Source: Octopus sinensis (taxonomy: Eukaryota). Taken from it: a DNA stretch of 64,000 bases. The first letter of the stretch is position 1. Every line of letters starts with the position of its first letter. A program made the position numbers and the translations under genes. The stretch covers positions 23,374,001-23,438,000 of the forward strand of contig NC_043002.1 in the NCBI RefSeq assembly GCF_006345805.1. The letters are read 5' to 3'. This document shows positions 24,990-38,253 of this stretch, piece by piece. Under the pieces are notes generated by a model. It worked only from the letters and a program-made list of their open reading frames with translations. It ran no database searches and was not told where the DNA came from.

Positions 24990-25760
24990 AGGATAGGTCG
25001 GACACAACAAGGGTACCAAGAAGTGGGAAGACAAGTGGGATGGAGATGCATAAGTGGTGGAAGTAATGCAAAAAGGAATCAGCTTCGTGGATCAGAAGCC
25101 ATTATAGTAACGGAAGACAGAGAGGAGGCAGTCACAAACGGACGCACTCCGGATGCATTCAACGATGTGTGTGCGTACAAGCATCACTGTCCTAGATGTG
25201 AACGCAATGTGCTATTATGGGCATTACTTGAGTCTTGTAGAGTGTCCGCAGCTGTTAGGGATGCTGAAATATCTTCTGCCCTTGAAGAGAAAGGTTAATT
25301 TTAGGATTCTGTTCTAACTAGAGATATGGTTTTCACTAGGAGGGATCCACGGTGATGACCAGCATTTGGAATGACTTAGGTCTCTTGGTAAGTGAATGCC
25401 GCATTGGTGCGGTGCTATATTCATGAGGGTGCTTGAGTTTTTTGCTGTTAAAAGAGTCAAGGTTGGCATGACCCCAGTGGAGGATGCTTTCAAGGTCCCA
25501 TTTATAAAATCGATGCAGGTTTGGCATTTGTGATATGTTGGTCGCATGTGGATGATGCATGGTCAAGGAAACTTTGAGAATATGAATGTTCCTGTTATGT
25601 ACATAAGAGTGGATTTTGTACGATGAGGTGATAAGACGATCATTGATGTATAAAAAGAAGAGAGTGAGAGATAAAACCGAGTATTGCGGAACGCAAGATC
25701 TGCTTAAGACTGGAACAGAAAAAAACTCCGTCAACACGATTGAAGTGCCTTGCAATGCAC
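24990..25760 (-). mobile_element. CR1/Jockey-superfamily LINE, 3' RT fragment (degenerate)
   Basis: Minus-strand VPQYSVLSLTLFFLYIND...IHSY (domains 4-5) and DLESILHWGHANLDSFNSKK (domain 6), followed by C-terminal region with frameshifts. Confidence 0.75.
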
Positions 25761-25854
25761 TCTAATACATTACACAACGCCATGTTGCAATGACGAGTCA
25801 CGCATATGCGCATGTATAGATTCATACAACATATATACGCAAGTATACACGCGC

Positions 25855-25903
<49 letters not shown>

Positions 25904-25939
25904 ACACACACACACACAGAAGAAGTAACACAGAAAACG

Positions 25940-26175
25940 TAGAGGTATTCATGCTTTATATAAAGTCGCCGCCCATGATAGATCGTTAGCCACTACACAC
26001 ATTTTTTTCTCGCCTTGTTTATCTCCTTTTTTTTTCTGTGTTCCTTTCTGTAGAAGAGCGTAGGCTCGAAACATAAAAGACTTTTTCTATTCCTGAGCGT
26101 TATACTAATACATCTGTTTGTTTCGTACACCAACTGTCTTCGTCTTTTGTTTTTTTCATAAACTCTCCCTTTATA
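25940..26175 (+). mobile_element. Penelope-like 3' end fragment with degenerate minimal hammerhead motif
   Basis: CTTT-CTGTAGA-A-GAGC-GTAG-GCTC-GAAACATA-AAAG at 26044-26079 has hammerhead topology. The PLE assignment is inferred from that motif. Confidence 0.4.
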
Positions 26176-26341
26176 TAAAGTACATATGTTTCATGAAAAT
26201 ATGACACAGTTGCAGACTCCGCATACTCTGGAGTCATGAAGAACGTCCTACCACATCGAAGATAAGAGTTGAGTAGCAAACAGTTCTACCGCGCGCATAC
26301 CTTTTGGTAACGTGTCACACTACTCGGCACACCTTTTGAAT

Positions 26342-26395
<54 letters not shown>

Positions 26396-27149
26396 AACAC
26401 ATACGTATGTATGTATGCGTGTGTGTGTATGTGTGTATGTATAAATATATACATACGTGTGTGTGCGTGTGTGAGTGTATGTATGTATGTATGTATGTAT
26501 GTATGTATGTATGTATGTATGTATGTATGTATGTATGCATGCATGCATGTATGTATATAGGCTTGAATTCAATACAAATATCAGAAAATATATTATTTAT
26601 TAGCTATGAAGTTACATATGTGGTTGTAGACCCCTGAGTCAGAAACGTGGCTTCACAGCTAATAAATTATGAATACATACATACACACGAATGCAAAAAA
26701 ATATATAGATTTGCGTGCGCATGTGCGTATATGCGTATGTGTGTATATGTGTGTATACGTGTGCATCTTTTAATCTCGATACAGATTTGCAGACCCAATT
26801 TACCGTCTTTATTAATATTTTCTTCTTCATAAATAATATTTTTTTCTTTTAATATTACATTTTGATTTATTATTCCTTTTATCCTCCCATACTATTCCGA
26901 CTGAAACGAACCAATATCTAATTTAACATTTCATGAAGTTCTTCCCTCGGCACAGTTTTCAACACCAGATTCTAATCGGCTGATATTTACTTAAGTCAAT
27001 TTCTTCCGTGTAACCTAGTCTTATTCTTCACCTAATTCCAGCTTCTTTTCATTTGTCTTTCTCTTCATGTTTCTTGATCTACACTTATAACCGCACGTTA
27101 TACTAAGTTACTGTGTTAAAAGGCTTTAATTTTAAGAAGTTAAATATCT

Positions 27150-27477
27150 TTTACTTATTTCAGTTATTAGACTGCGGCCAAGCTGGGGCACCGCCTTGAC
27201 GGGTTTGGTCGTGAATGTCGACCCCAGTACCTATTTAAGCCCGGTACTTATTCTAACGGTCTAATTTGTCGAACCGCTACATTATGGGACGTAAGCAATT
27301 CAAAACTGATTGCGATGGGTTTCCTTCAGTTTCGGTTTACCAAATCCACTCAAAAGTCTATAGTCGGCCCGAGTCAATAATAGAAAATACTTGCCCAAGG
27401 TGCCGCGAGGTGAGACTTAAACCATAGAGACATGGTTGAGTAGTAAGCTTCTTACCAACACGGCCATATCTGCGCCT
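27150..27477 (-). mobile_element. SINE family A (diverged)
   Basis: TTTCAGTTATTAGACTGCGGCCAAGCTGGGGCACCGCC...CAGTTTCGGTTTACCAAATCCACTCA...TTGCCCAAGGTGCC. Confidence 0.75.
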
Positions 27478-27714
27478 AAAATAAGGACTTGGATGGAAAA
27501 CATTCGAAGGTTACCCACGGAACACGAACCAACATTTGTAAACATGATAAACATTTTTTTACCAAACATTTTACCAATGCACCAAAGTATTCCCTAAATA
27601 ACACCCTGTTTCGGTTGATGATTTATGATTGTATCGTATATAATATTAATTAGTCTAATGTATTTTCCTATCATCATCAACTGATTTGTTTTCTACATGC
27701 TCGTTAGGCGTTCA

Positions 27715-27860
27715 CGTTTCTGTGTGGTAACCAGCCACATGGTTCGGAGTTCAGTCCCACTGCGTGGCAACTTAGTCAAGTGTCTTCTGCTATAGCCTCG
27801 GGCCGATCAAAGCCTTGTGAGTGGATTTGGTAGACGGAAACTGAAAGAAGCCCGGTACGT
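27715..27860 (+). mobile_element. SINE family A, head only
   Basis: CTGTGTGGTAACCAGCCACATGGTTCGGAGTTCAGTCCCACTGCGTGGC...GTAGACGGAAACTGAAAGAAGCCCG. Confidence 0.8.
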
Positions 27861-27904
27861 GTGTGTGTGCGTGCATGCGTGCGTGTGTGTGCATGCGTGC
27901 GTGC

Positions 27905-27939
<35 letters not shown>

Positions 27940-28431
27940 GCACTATTTCCAGTTATATTTTTCTCTCTCTGTTTCATTCTGTGTAATGATCTTAACATAG
28001 CGATCAATCAAACTTCCCTCGTATTTTTAACCATTATCTTTGATATTTTTATATTTATGCATAATGAATGGGAATTATACTCTATTTAAATCATTTATTT
28101 TATCTAAATGTATTTGTGCGGAGATGTGTGTGTGTCTGGTTTCTTATGCAGTTTTATTTTGGATTTTGTTTTTAAACCTTCGCGTAAAGTTTTAATAGAT
28201 AGTTATTCAGAAAACTGTCGATAAAATATGATTATGTATTAAAACAGCTGTGTGGCTACAATATCATACTACTTTAATAAAAGAATTCATTCACTCTACA
28301 TACATAATGCATTGAGCCATTTGTTAAGCTCTTATCTCCTCGTTCTTCATTCAAGAATACACTGAATATACATTTATGTATATGTATGTACATACATACA
28401 TGCATATATATATATATACATATATATATAT

Positions 28432-28511
<80 letters not shown>

Positions 28512-30129
28512 CAGAGACAGAGAGAACGGGAGAGTGAACTTATAGTTATTATGCACACATGATGTAGACATACGCCGCACACACACACATATTATGTAGA
28601 TTTATATATAAATACATACATACATAGAAACAAAGAAACATACATATAAGTACATTTTAATACAAATACATAGCATGTATTATACGTATTATACGTATAA
28701 ATGCTGTACGTACATATTATACGGAATCGAAGGACTCCCAGATATCGTTATCATTGTAAAGAAAGCGGTAGAGAGAAGAACCAGAAATTGAGGTGTGTAT
28801 TAAGACCGCACGGCGAAGAAGTACATTGGATGAAGATTAGATATTGTTATTGTTTGCATGTCTCGTTAGAACCAAAACTTTGAAGGAGCACATTGTAATA
28901 CCACGATTGAGACATATTTGAATAAAAGGCAGGACAGCAATGGGTGAAAAACCTGTGATCATATATTTGCTTAATCATGGCCGACCTGTTGCTAAAAAAA
29001 CATCAACAGGAATAAGACTACAAATCCAATACAGGAATCCTAAAACCTTAAAGCCTTGACTACATATTGATTTGAGTAAATAGGCCGAATTGTGGTTAAC
29101 ATAATGCTTAGAGTGCAGAAATATCAAAAAATAGTGCAAGAACACTAATAATGCACTCAAAATGCAATGATTTTAAAATAAAGCAGCAACATGGAATATT
29201 AAAAAATGTAACATATATCTATCCAACCATCAGACTTAGCGACAATGCCTTATACTTACCTAAAAATTTAAAAGACTTCAGTACAAATAATACATCCTGG
29301 TATAAAAATAATTCTTATAACACATGAGGAGACACAATTCCGCTGCAACTAAACTCTTTTATATCTTAAACAACACAGAACAACATACATACCTCCTTCA
29401 GTTGACTACAAAAACTCAGCAAACATCTCTAACAATATCTATGTGTAAACAATTCCCCAACTCACATCCAACCAACTATCATCATCAGAAACGCTTACAC
29501 ATCAATGAACCAAACAAAATCATTTTCGGTCGGAAACTTCAAAAGGAAACTGAGGAAATACTTCCAAGAAGAGATAAATGCAGTTCGTTGAATTCAGCAA
29601 CGCCACGATCATTGACATAGACACTGCAGTACAAACAAAACAATAACTGTTCTAGCTTCAAAAAACAAACGAAAAATATATATTCCACAAGACAACATAA
29701 AACATATCAACTAAATTACACCAGTGAAGTAGCTAACCTGAGACAACAAACACAACCAGCCAACACCCCCAACACAACAGAAATACACACAACATAAAAC
29801 GATTAAGTATGGAAATAATTATACGGAAGAAAAGCCGTTAATTGGCAAAGATTTGTATCGGACACTAACAGTACATAACATGCAGTGATGTCCTATAGTG
29901 TATAAAGTAAACAACGGCGTCAGCAACACTAATAATGACTTTCACCACATTATCATACGTGACAGATGATATAACCACATTGTAACAGCAAAAAAAAAAC
30001 TCGCATAATAAACATTATTCTATAATCTGTCGTCATAGACTATACATAGAAATGAGAAACACAAAAGGCAAGAGGCATGCCTTATACCAAGCCCTTAAAT
30101 TTGAAACCACCTTTTGTTAGATACTAGAA

Positions 30130-30530
30130 AAGTAATAGGATAATCCAATAAATCAAAAGTCTCAAGACCCCCACAAAATTTTATGCATACACCTAAAAGA
30201 GGCCAAGGAGCTGAAGCAGTTTTTGCACTCACCAACATGTTCAATGTACAAGCATACAAAAACTGAGAAAAGCCCAATGTTTGGAAACTGAGCAAACTTA
30301 TAGCAATTCTAAAACCAACCAATGCAGCAGCGTACAAATCCACAACCCTCTATCGCACGTTCGAAAATACAAGACTAATTAGCTAAGATGTTATTTTTCT
30401 AATCTATAAGATTAATTCAAACAACTACACTGAACCTACCACACTACTCACAAACTGTTATATCAGAGGCGATATTGTCCAAATCCTCGTCGCCACTGAT
30501 ATGTCCCATGATGACAACGTATTTCGTCGT
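30130..30530 (+). mobile_element. Jockey/I-like LINE RT N-terminal remnant
   Basis: Patches TNMFN...PNVWKLSKLIAILKP...YKS (RT domains 1-2) and TTLLTN...ILVATDMS (domain 3) with frameshifts. A similar domain-3 patch (TLITINSDKALDS) lies at ~31570-31700. Confidence 0.55.
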
Positions 30531-30659
30531 CTCTGCGGGACTGGTCCGAACGGCCTACTATCGCCGATTGACGTTACTGACAGTTCATTAGTAATGGACT
30601 AACCCACTTCCCACCTGGGGAGTCCACCACAACACAAACAATACTTAATAACTTCAATA

Positions 30660-30881
30660 AGACGTAGGAGTGGTTGTGGTAAGTAGCTTGCTTACAAACC
30701 ACATGGTTCCGGATTCAGTCCCACTGCGTGGCATCTTGGGCAAGTGTCTTCTACTATAGCCTCAGGCTGACCAAAGCCTTGTGAGTTGATTTGATAGATG
30801 GAAACTGAAAGAAGCCCGTCGTATATATGTATATATGTATGTATATATGTGTGTGTGCGTGTGTGTGTATGTATGTATATA

Positions 30882-30913
<32 letters not shown>

Positions 30914-31563
30914 AATATATACTCTTTTACTCTTTTACTTGTTTCAGTCATTTGACTGCGGCCATGCTGGAGCACCGCCTTTAGTCGAGCAAATCGACCC
31001 CGAGACTTATTCTTTGTAAGCCCAGTACTTATTCTATCGGTCTCTTTTTGCCGAACCGCTAAGTGACTGGGGCGTAAACACACCAGCATCGGTTGTCAAG
31101 CAATACTAGGGGGACAAACACAGACACACACACATATATATATATATACATATATACGACAGGCTTCTTTCAGTTTCCGTCTACCAAATCCACTCACAAG
31201 GCATTGGTTGGCCCGGGGCTATAGCAGAAGACACTTGCCCAAGATGCCACGCAGTGGGACTGAACCCGGAACCATGTGGTTGGTTAGCAAGCTACTTACC
31301 ACACAGCCACTCCTGCGCCTATATATATATTTGTATGTGTGTGTATGTGTTTGTGTGTCTGTGTTTGTCCCCCCCACCCCCACCCATCATTGCTTGACAA
31401 CCGATACTGGTGTCTTTACGTCCCCGTAACTTAGCGATTCGACAAAACAGACCGATAGAATAAGTACTAGGCTTACAAAGAATAAGTCCTTGGGTCGATT
31501 TGCTCGACTGTAGACGGTGCTCCAGCATGGCCACAGTCAAATGACTGAAACAAGTAAAAGAGT
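30660..31563. mobile_element. Nested SINE family A: minus copy (30922-31320) inside a plus copy (head 30660-30835, tail 31330-31563)
   Basis: Plus head GGAGTGGTTGTGGTAAGTAGCTTGCTTAC, then a complete reverse copy ending CACACAGCCACTCCTGCGCCT, then the plus tail resumes (TGTGTTTGTCCCCC...GACTGAAACAAGTAAAAGAG). Confidence 0.9.
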
Positions 31564-31964
31564 AACAACGAAAATTTCAAGACCTACCCTAATTACCATC
31601 AACTCTGACAAAGCTTTGGACTCAACTCCTTACTACCCAATTTTCAAAAAGCTAAGTAATTCAAAAAGGAGTGGGTGAGATGGTGGATCCTTTCATTACA
31701 TTGTATATAAAGTTGCATATATTATGTGTCGTTACTGGCTTCTGCATGGGTTTGATAGCTTAAGGGATCTTTCACATAACCTTATTTTGTAAATAACATA
31801 ATGTGCCACCGTTTTCACTTTCAAGAACCAAATGTAGTTTGCAAGGTTTGTTGCATTGCCCCGCTATGTTCCTAAAGGAAAAGATCTGCTATAGAACTCT
31901 ATGGCGGACAGTTGCCTGCGTCTCTGGAGGTGTTCTGCACTTCACACAGAATGAATGTCAGAAT

Positions 31965-32360
31965 GAGCTGGCAGAAACGTTAGCGCGCCGGGCGAAATGC
32001 TTAGCGGTATTTCGTCTGCCGTTGCGTTCTGAGTTCAAATTCCGCCGAGGTCGACTTTGCCTTTCATCCTTTCAGAGTCGATAAATTAAGAACCAGTTAC
32101 GCACTGGGGTCGATATAATCGACTTAATCCCTTTGTCTGTCCTTGTTTGTCCCCTCTGTGGTAATAAAGAAATAGGTATTTCGTCTACCGTTACGTTGTG
32201 AGTTCAAATTCCGCCGAGGTCGACTTTGCCTTTTATCCTTTCGGGGTCGATAAATTACGTACCACTTACGCACTGGGTCGATGTAATCGACTTAATCCCT
32301 TTGTCTGTCCTTGTTTGTCCCTTCTATATTTAGCCCCTTGTGGGCAATAAAGAAATAAGA
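31965..32360 (+). mobile_element. SINE family B, dimer
   Basis: GAGCTGGCAGAAACGTTAGCGCGCCGGGCGAAATGC... A second unit starts at GTATTTCGTCTACC after AATAAAGAAATAG. Confidence 0.9.
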
Positions 32361-33074
32361 ATGAATGACATCTACTTAGACATTAAAAAAATATCCCACT
32401 GGGTATGCCTTACTCATACAACTAAATAATGTACGCCCGTCTCATAGTCAACAAACTGGGTATTTTGTTTGTTTGTTTTTTTTTGCTTTCCCATTTGTAG
32501 TGTTGCAACTACCATAATACTATTAAAAATAATGCGAAATGCTGGCCTAGAATCACGAACTTAAACAAGTTTTGTAACTTTTATTTGCATTTCTAAATTT
32601 ATAGACCCGTGAAATTTAATACCACGAAGTCTTTGAGAAAATAATTTAAATAAAGTTATTATCAAAGAAATCTTTATTATCCGCTTTAAGTGCTTATTAA
32701 TTTCTTTATATTACTGTATGAATTGATTATCAATTTTATTTAAAAGGTTAAAAATATAAAAATTTTTAAACTGCGTAATTATTCAACTTATGGTGGCCAC
32801 TGTATTTCTGTGTTTCTATGTGTATGCGCTTATGCATATGTATACATATGTGTGTGTGCGAATAGATAGATAGATAGATGTACATACATACATATATATA
32901 TATATTATATATATATACATATATATATATATATTATATATATATATGTATATATATGTATATATATATATATATACATACATATATATATATTAGATGA
33001 TAAAACGAATGGTTTACACCTGTTAGCTTACTGGTAAAGCACGGTCACTTTCACAATAATCGTTATGTATATGG

Positions 33075-34615
33075 TAAAGGAAAGAAAGAAGATGGAATAT
33101 ACGATATTTTATTATTAATCACGACAATCGTTTCGACACATCTAACATCGATCCCTCACGGGTGGGACGCTCAACAGCTGGTTCAGGAGCATCCAGCGGT
33201 GTAGATGTATCTCGTCAGGTTATAAATAGACACAACTCGTTAAAATAACAGTTCCGCAATTTACCTTCTCATTTCGTAGAAAGAAAGGCAGACAGACGAA
33301 GGAAACATCTTCATTTACATAGAAGATCAAAAATAAAATCACAAATGCAAAAAAGAAACGAACACGCAATACAGCAAGATAAGTATTTAAAACAACCGAT
33401 AACAAATATAGATGTATAAACGCCCTCGCTCAAGCTACATGGCGCATGTACACACGCTCGTACAAGCATCCGCAAAAATGTAAGCATACACGCACGTGTG
33501 GTTCGGTGCACTCACGATCACAAAGCGAGTTAAATAGCTACTTGGTGTTTTTAAGAATGGGGAGGTTAAAACTAAACTTAATTCATCCATACCTTAAAAT
33601 AAATTAGGTTAACAGTTACTCAAATTCATTCCCACTGCGTTGTACGAAAGTACATTTATATGCGTGTAGGAATCTTGAGAGTCTTTCAGAAATTCTATTA
33701 ATGATATTTTCATTAGTCCACAGAATAGACAGGGATTCCTCGGAGTAGGGGCGGCATCTCCTAGAAATGATATTGAATGGTTTCACGTGCTTTACTATGT
33801 TGTGCTGTACTTAATTTTATCCTCCTTCAGTCGCCATACAAAATCGGCCAAAGATGTTGAATGCCTCTTATTGATTGTCTTAAAGATGGCGACATGGTTA
33901 CGATAGCGATTCTTAAATGAACCCGCCGTTTGCCCAATGTAAATATACGGCCCTCCCCTTGCGTGCACAGTACATTTATATACAAGATTTGTACTCATGC
34001 AGATGTTCATTAACGGGCATTTTGATTTATCTCTGCATGAGCATTCATCATATTTATTTGTATATAAGGCAATTTTGACTCCTTTTACTGACGTTGTTAC
34101 CGTGTTAGCTGTATCATAAGCATTTTTACTATTATTTGGCTGTAATTGGTGTTTTTTCATTGCGGTTTACATCTCTTTTGTTAGTATTTAAATACGTATG
34201 TTCGCTAGATCCGGTAGGTGGGTTATTGAACCTTTGTCGCATTTTATTATTGTTTATTCGATGCATAAGCTACTCTAAATTAGCAGATTTGGCGTAGAAT
34301 ACCTTCACGGTGTACCGATTAAAATAGCATGATATCGATTAGATTTAGGAAAACATTTGTCCAAAGCGGCAAAAAATTTCCAGCGATCTTGGTTGAAACA
34401 TGCGAACTAAAAATCGGGTTGAACCAGAGAGCATCCTGATTCCTATATCTGTTGTGTCTATTTATCACCCAATGAGACACATATGCTCCGCCGGATGTTC
34501 CTGAACCAGTTGTTGAGTATCCCACACGTGAGGGATCGATGCTAGATGTGTCGAAACAACTATAGTGGTTAATAATAAATTCCCGTATATTCCATCTTCC
34601 GTCTTTCATTTACCA
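33075..34615 (-). mobile_element. Penelope-like element (PLE), 5'-truncated, with inverted partial pLTR
   Basis: Minus-strand coding patches WFNP.FS..VST.IA..FL.LVDKCFP..NRYHAIFNR.TVKV.Y, then the GIY-YIG ORF and a C-terminal NIISRRC...E...I...N.IN tail. Segment 33080-33240 is present again, inverted, at 34440-34610. Confidence 0.85.
33795..34160 (-). pseudogene. PLE GIY-YIG endonuclease domain
   Basis: CSCRDKSKCPL.NIC.STNLVYKCTV......YIYIGQTAGSFKNRYRNH...F......HSTSLA.FVW.LK is a characteristic PLE Cys-linker plus GIY-YIG. Confidence 0.88.
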
Positions 34616-34641
34616 TATATATACAGAGAGAGAGAGAAAGT

Positions 34642-34677
<36 letters not shown>

Positions 34678-37328
34678 AAAACGAGGGAGAGAGAAAGCGA
34701 GAGAGAGCGAGAAAGCGAGAGAGAGAGAAAGCGAGAAAGAGAGAGAGGGAAAGCGAGAGAGAGAGAGAGAGAGCTATTAATATTTTGCCTCCAAAATATA
34801 TTTTTAGTTTTGCTTCCGCTAAAGATATATCAAAGCAAAGAATGTTATAAGCGGAATCGTCTTAGAAACAATTTATCTGGAATCCCAATGTAGAAATGAT
34901 TTTCGTTCAACATGAAAGGAAGATAAAAGAAAGGCAGATAAGAAGAGTGAATTAGAACGGAGGCAATATGTATTTAAGTATGAAACCATTAGCTATTCTA
35001 TTTAACTATAAGAAGAGATATCGTTTTAATCAGATACACTGAATATATTTCAGTCATATCTGCTCGAGTGTAATACATTTACCATGCATTGTTTCTGAAA
35101 TATATTTTTAGAGAAAAGCAGACGACAAATTAAAATAGCGCTCGATATAAAAAAAAATGATTCAAAGAAAACGTTGTGTAGGCGGGTAGGATGATAAGAC
35201 GAAAAAGTCATTTCGGTTGAAGTAATATATTCAAGATGAAGTAATTACGGATATTAAATAGAACGAAAATGGACGAATATAGATAGTTGGGTGTACGGGA
35301 ATGGAGACAATGCAGAATAGGATGGTATATTTACTTAATTAGATATAATTATTCATTCTTTTGACCTTGCACAATGTCTGTCCTATTCGTTAAAGAAATT
35401 GAACTTACATTGTGTGTGTGTATGTGCTTGAGAGATAAAAAGAAAAATAGAGGGAGGGAAACGGAGAGAGAGTGTGTGCAAGTGTATAAGGGAGGTAGAG
35501 TTACTTCAACTACAAGAAAAGAGACGAATTAAAAAAATTGCTTCCATTGTAACTTGAGTTCAAAGCTATAGGAGGCACCGAACTTGATATTCTAAAATAT
35601 CAAGCACAAGTCACTAGCTTTCAATGTCTCTATTAGTATATTGACCTGATCAAATCAAGACAAGCTTTTCCGATCAAGACAATAAATTTTGATTACAAAA
35701 TAAAAAGACATAAGATGTAAACCAAAAAGTTATCCTATGGTGAAACCGCCGAATTACCTATGTTATTTTAAAATTTATTCTTGCATGGTCGTTTCCAGTC
35801 GCTTTCTTGTGATGCCATAGGAAGATTTGAATTTTAGTCTAGTAATTCGCCCATGGTAAGAAATATATCAGCTTGGTAGAAGACTTTTTAAGTTAGATGG
35901 TCTTAACGTTGTGAAAAGAAATTTACGTAGGCACACACATACACACACATACACTTACACACAGACACACTCACACGCACGCCAGTTAGCAAACACAGAA
36001 AGAGAGAGACAAAGAGAGAAAGAGTTCTGTAACATCACAAGCAAAGCAGAGCCTGATGAATGGAATGGGTGAACTCTGATCCGCGGTTATTTATTTCAAT
36101 GTAGTGCTTTCTCAAAACTAGTTCTTGCATCACAAGACAGAAATATCAACAAAATATCAAACGTAAAACAACAATATTGTGACAAAATCTAAGAAAATAT
36201 CACACATATAGTTCAAGACTGGTATATTGGCTCAATCATTAGAATAACGGACAAAATTGCATTAGGGTGTTTAGCGTCATACTTTTTACCTTCTGAGTTC
36301 AAATCCGCCTGAGGTCAACTTTTACCTTTCATCTTCCCAGTATCGATAAACTAGTGTGTTAGTCAAGCACCGAGGTCTATTTAATCAATAATAGTCTCTT
36401 CGCTTTGCCTCTGTCAAATGTGCGACCTTGGACCTTTCTCACAAATCGATATATTACTAATAAAAAATATCGGCAAAGCGGAAACGATTTCGATACACTT
36501 TTTTTATTTCATTTTCTGTTTCTTTTTCTCTTGATCAAATGATCTCTCCTCTTTCATCCTCCTCTTCAGTTACCCTCTCCTCCTTCTTCAATGACCTTCA
36601 TTACCCACTCTCCTTCTTCCTCAACACCTCCCCTTTCGCTGCTTTCTACATCCACTTTCTTCACTCTTATTTCTCTATTTCTTTCATCTTCATTCATCCA
36701 ACTTCTTGTTTCAGTAGGTTCAGTACGGCCGAAGGATTAAGAGATTTGTTTCGCAACCACAACGTTCCGCTTTCGATCCCATTGCGTGACACCTTGACCA
36801 AATGTCATTTTCTACCACTGCCGTTCGACCTCTACCCAGCGAACGAAACTAAGGGAGACGGAGACTGTATAAAAATTCATCGGGTGGATTGTACCTGTAA
36901 TTCGAAAGGTGCAACCTTGTGGCACACCGTGTGCCACGATGATTCTGTCTGACAATTACGTTACGGGTGAAGGTATCTAAACAATCGTCAACTTATTTAA
37001 TTCATTGAACAACTGAATTCACCCATTTGAAGAACGACGTTTTTTTCCCTGTTACCCGTAGATACCCGTGGATAAGACGCGCTTTTTAATTTCTAAACAT
37101 AACAAAAAATTGCTATGCGTCCAAAGCGACTAAATTATGTATGGGATACCGAATGTATGAGTGCATAATGAAACATTATTAAATTTGTGGGGGGGGGTCT
37201 TCACAAAAAGTAGGGATTTGTCTATGTGAGGGTGCATCTTATAGTATCTACCTCCTTCATCCCTCTTTCAACCTTGCCATCATCTTTATTTTTCACCTCT
37301 TCATCTTCTTCTTCTTCTTCTTCCTCTT

Positions 37329-37396
<68 letters not shown>

Positions 37397-37514
37397 ACTA
37401 CTACTACTACTACTACTAATTCTTTTTCTTCTACTCTTCATCTACTCCTTCCTTGTACAACACCATCACCCGTTTTCTACTGTAATCATAAGTCATTAGA
37501 ATCCACTTCAGTTA

Positions 37515-37562
<48 letters not shown>

Positions 37563-37574
37563 TATATATATAGG

Positions 37575-37792
37575 GAGAGTTTACGAGGGCCGGTTTCCCG
37601 CTTTCAATGGCGTAGAAATTCCCCACCTGGACGGGTCGCAGGATTATTCATTTTTGCCAGCTGAGTGGACTGGAGCAACGTGAAATGAAGTGTTTTGCTC
37701 AAGAACACAACGCATCGCCCGGTCCAGGAATCGAAACCACAACCTTACGATCATGAGTTCAACACCCTAACCACTGAGTCACGCGCCTCCAC
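37575..37792 (-). mobile_element. SINE family C
   Basis: Minus strand TGGAGGCGCGTGACTCAGTGGTTAGGGTG...GGTTTCGATTCCTGGACCGGG...TGTGTTCTTGAGCAAAACAC. Confidence 0.8.
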
Positions 37793-37796
37793 TATA

Positions 37797-37866
<70 letters not shown>

Positions 37867-38193
37867 TTGTAGGGGTATTATGAATATCTGCGTGTCCTGC
37901 CTCGACTTATATGTGAATTCATGGCTGGAACGGCAGTAGATGTCAATTTATATATACACGTTTGTGTGTGCGTGCGTATCTGCGTGTTTGTATTTGTGCC
38001 AACCAGCGCTTGATAACCAGTGTTAGTTTGTTTACGTCCCCATTATCTAGCAGTTCGGCGAATCGGTTCGATAGAATAAGTGCTATACTTGAAAATAAGT
38101 GCAAGGGTCAATTTTTTCGATTAAAATCTTTAAGGCAGTGTCCCCGTAGAGCCATCGTCCAATGACTGGAACACGCAGAAGATAAAGATATAT

Positions 38194-38253
<60 letters not shown>

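Noticed and set aside
30470-30530. RGDIVQILVATD resembling DEAD-box helicase motif V
   Set aside because: The upstream TTLLTN and the preceding RT domain 1-2 patches indicate LINE RT domain 3 (ILVAxDxSKAFD). No other helicase motifs are present.
32520-32802. Tc1-like right end (...CTTATGGTGGCCACTG|TA)
   Set aside because: No matching left TIR or transposase is visible, so it is too fragmentary to list as a feature.
36050-36082. C/D-box snoRNA-like UGAUGA...CUGA motif
   Set aside because: The boxes are only ~20 nt apart, too short for a snoRNA, and there is no terminal stem.
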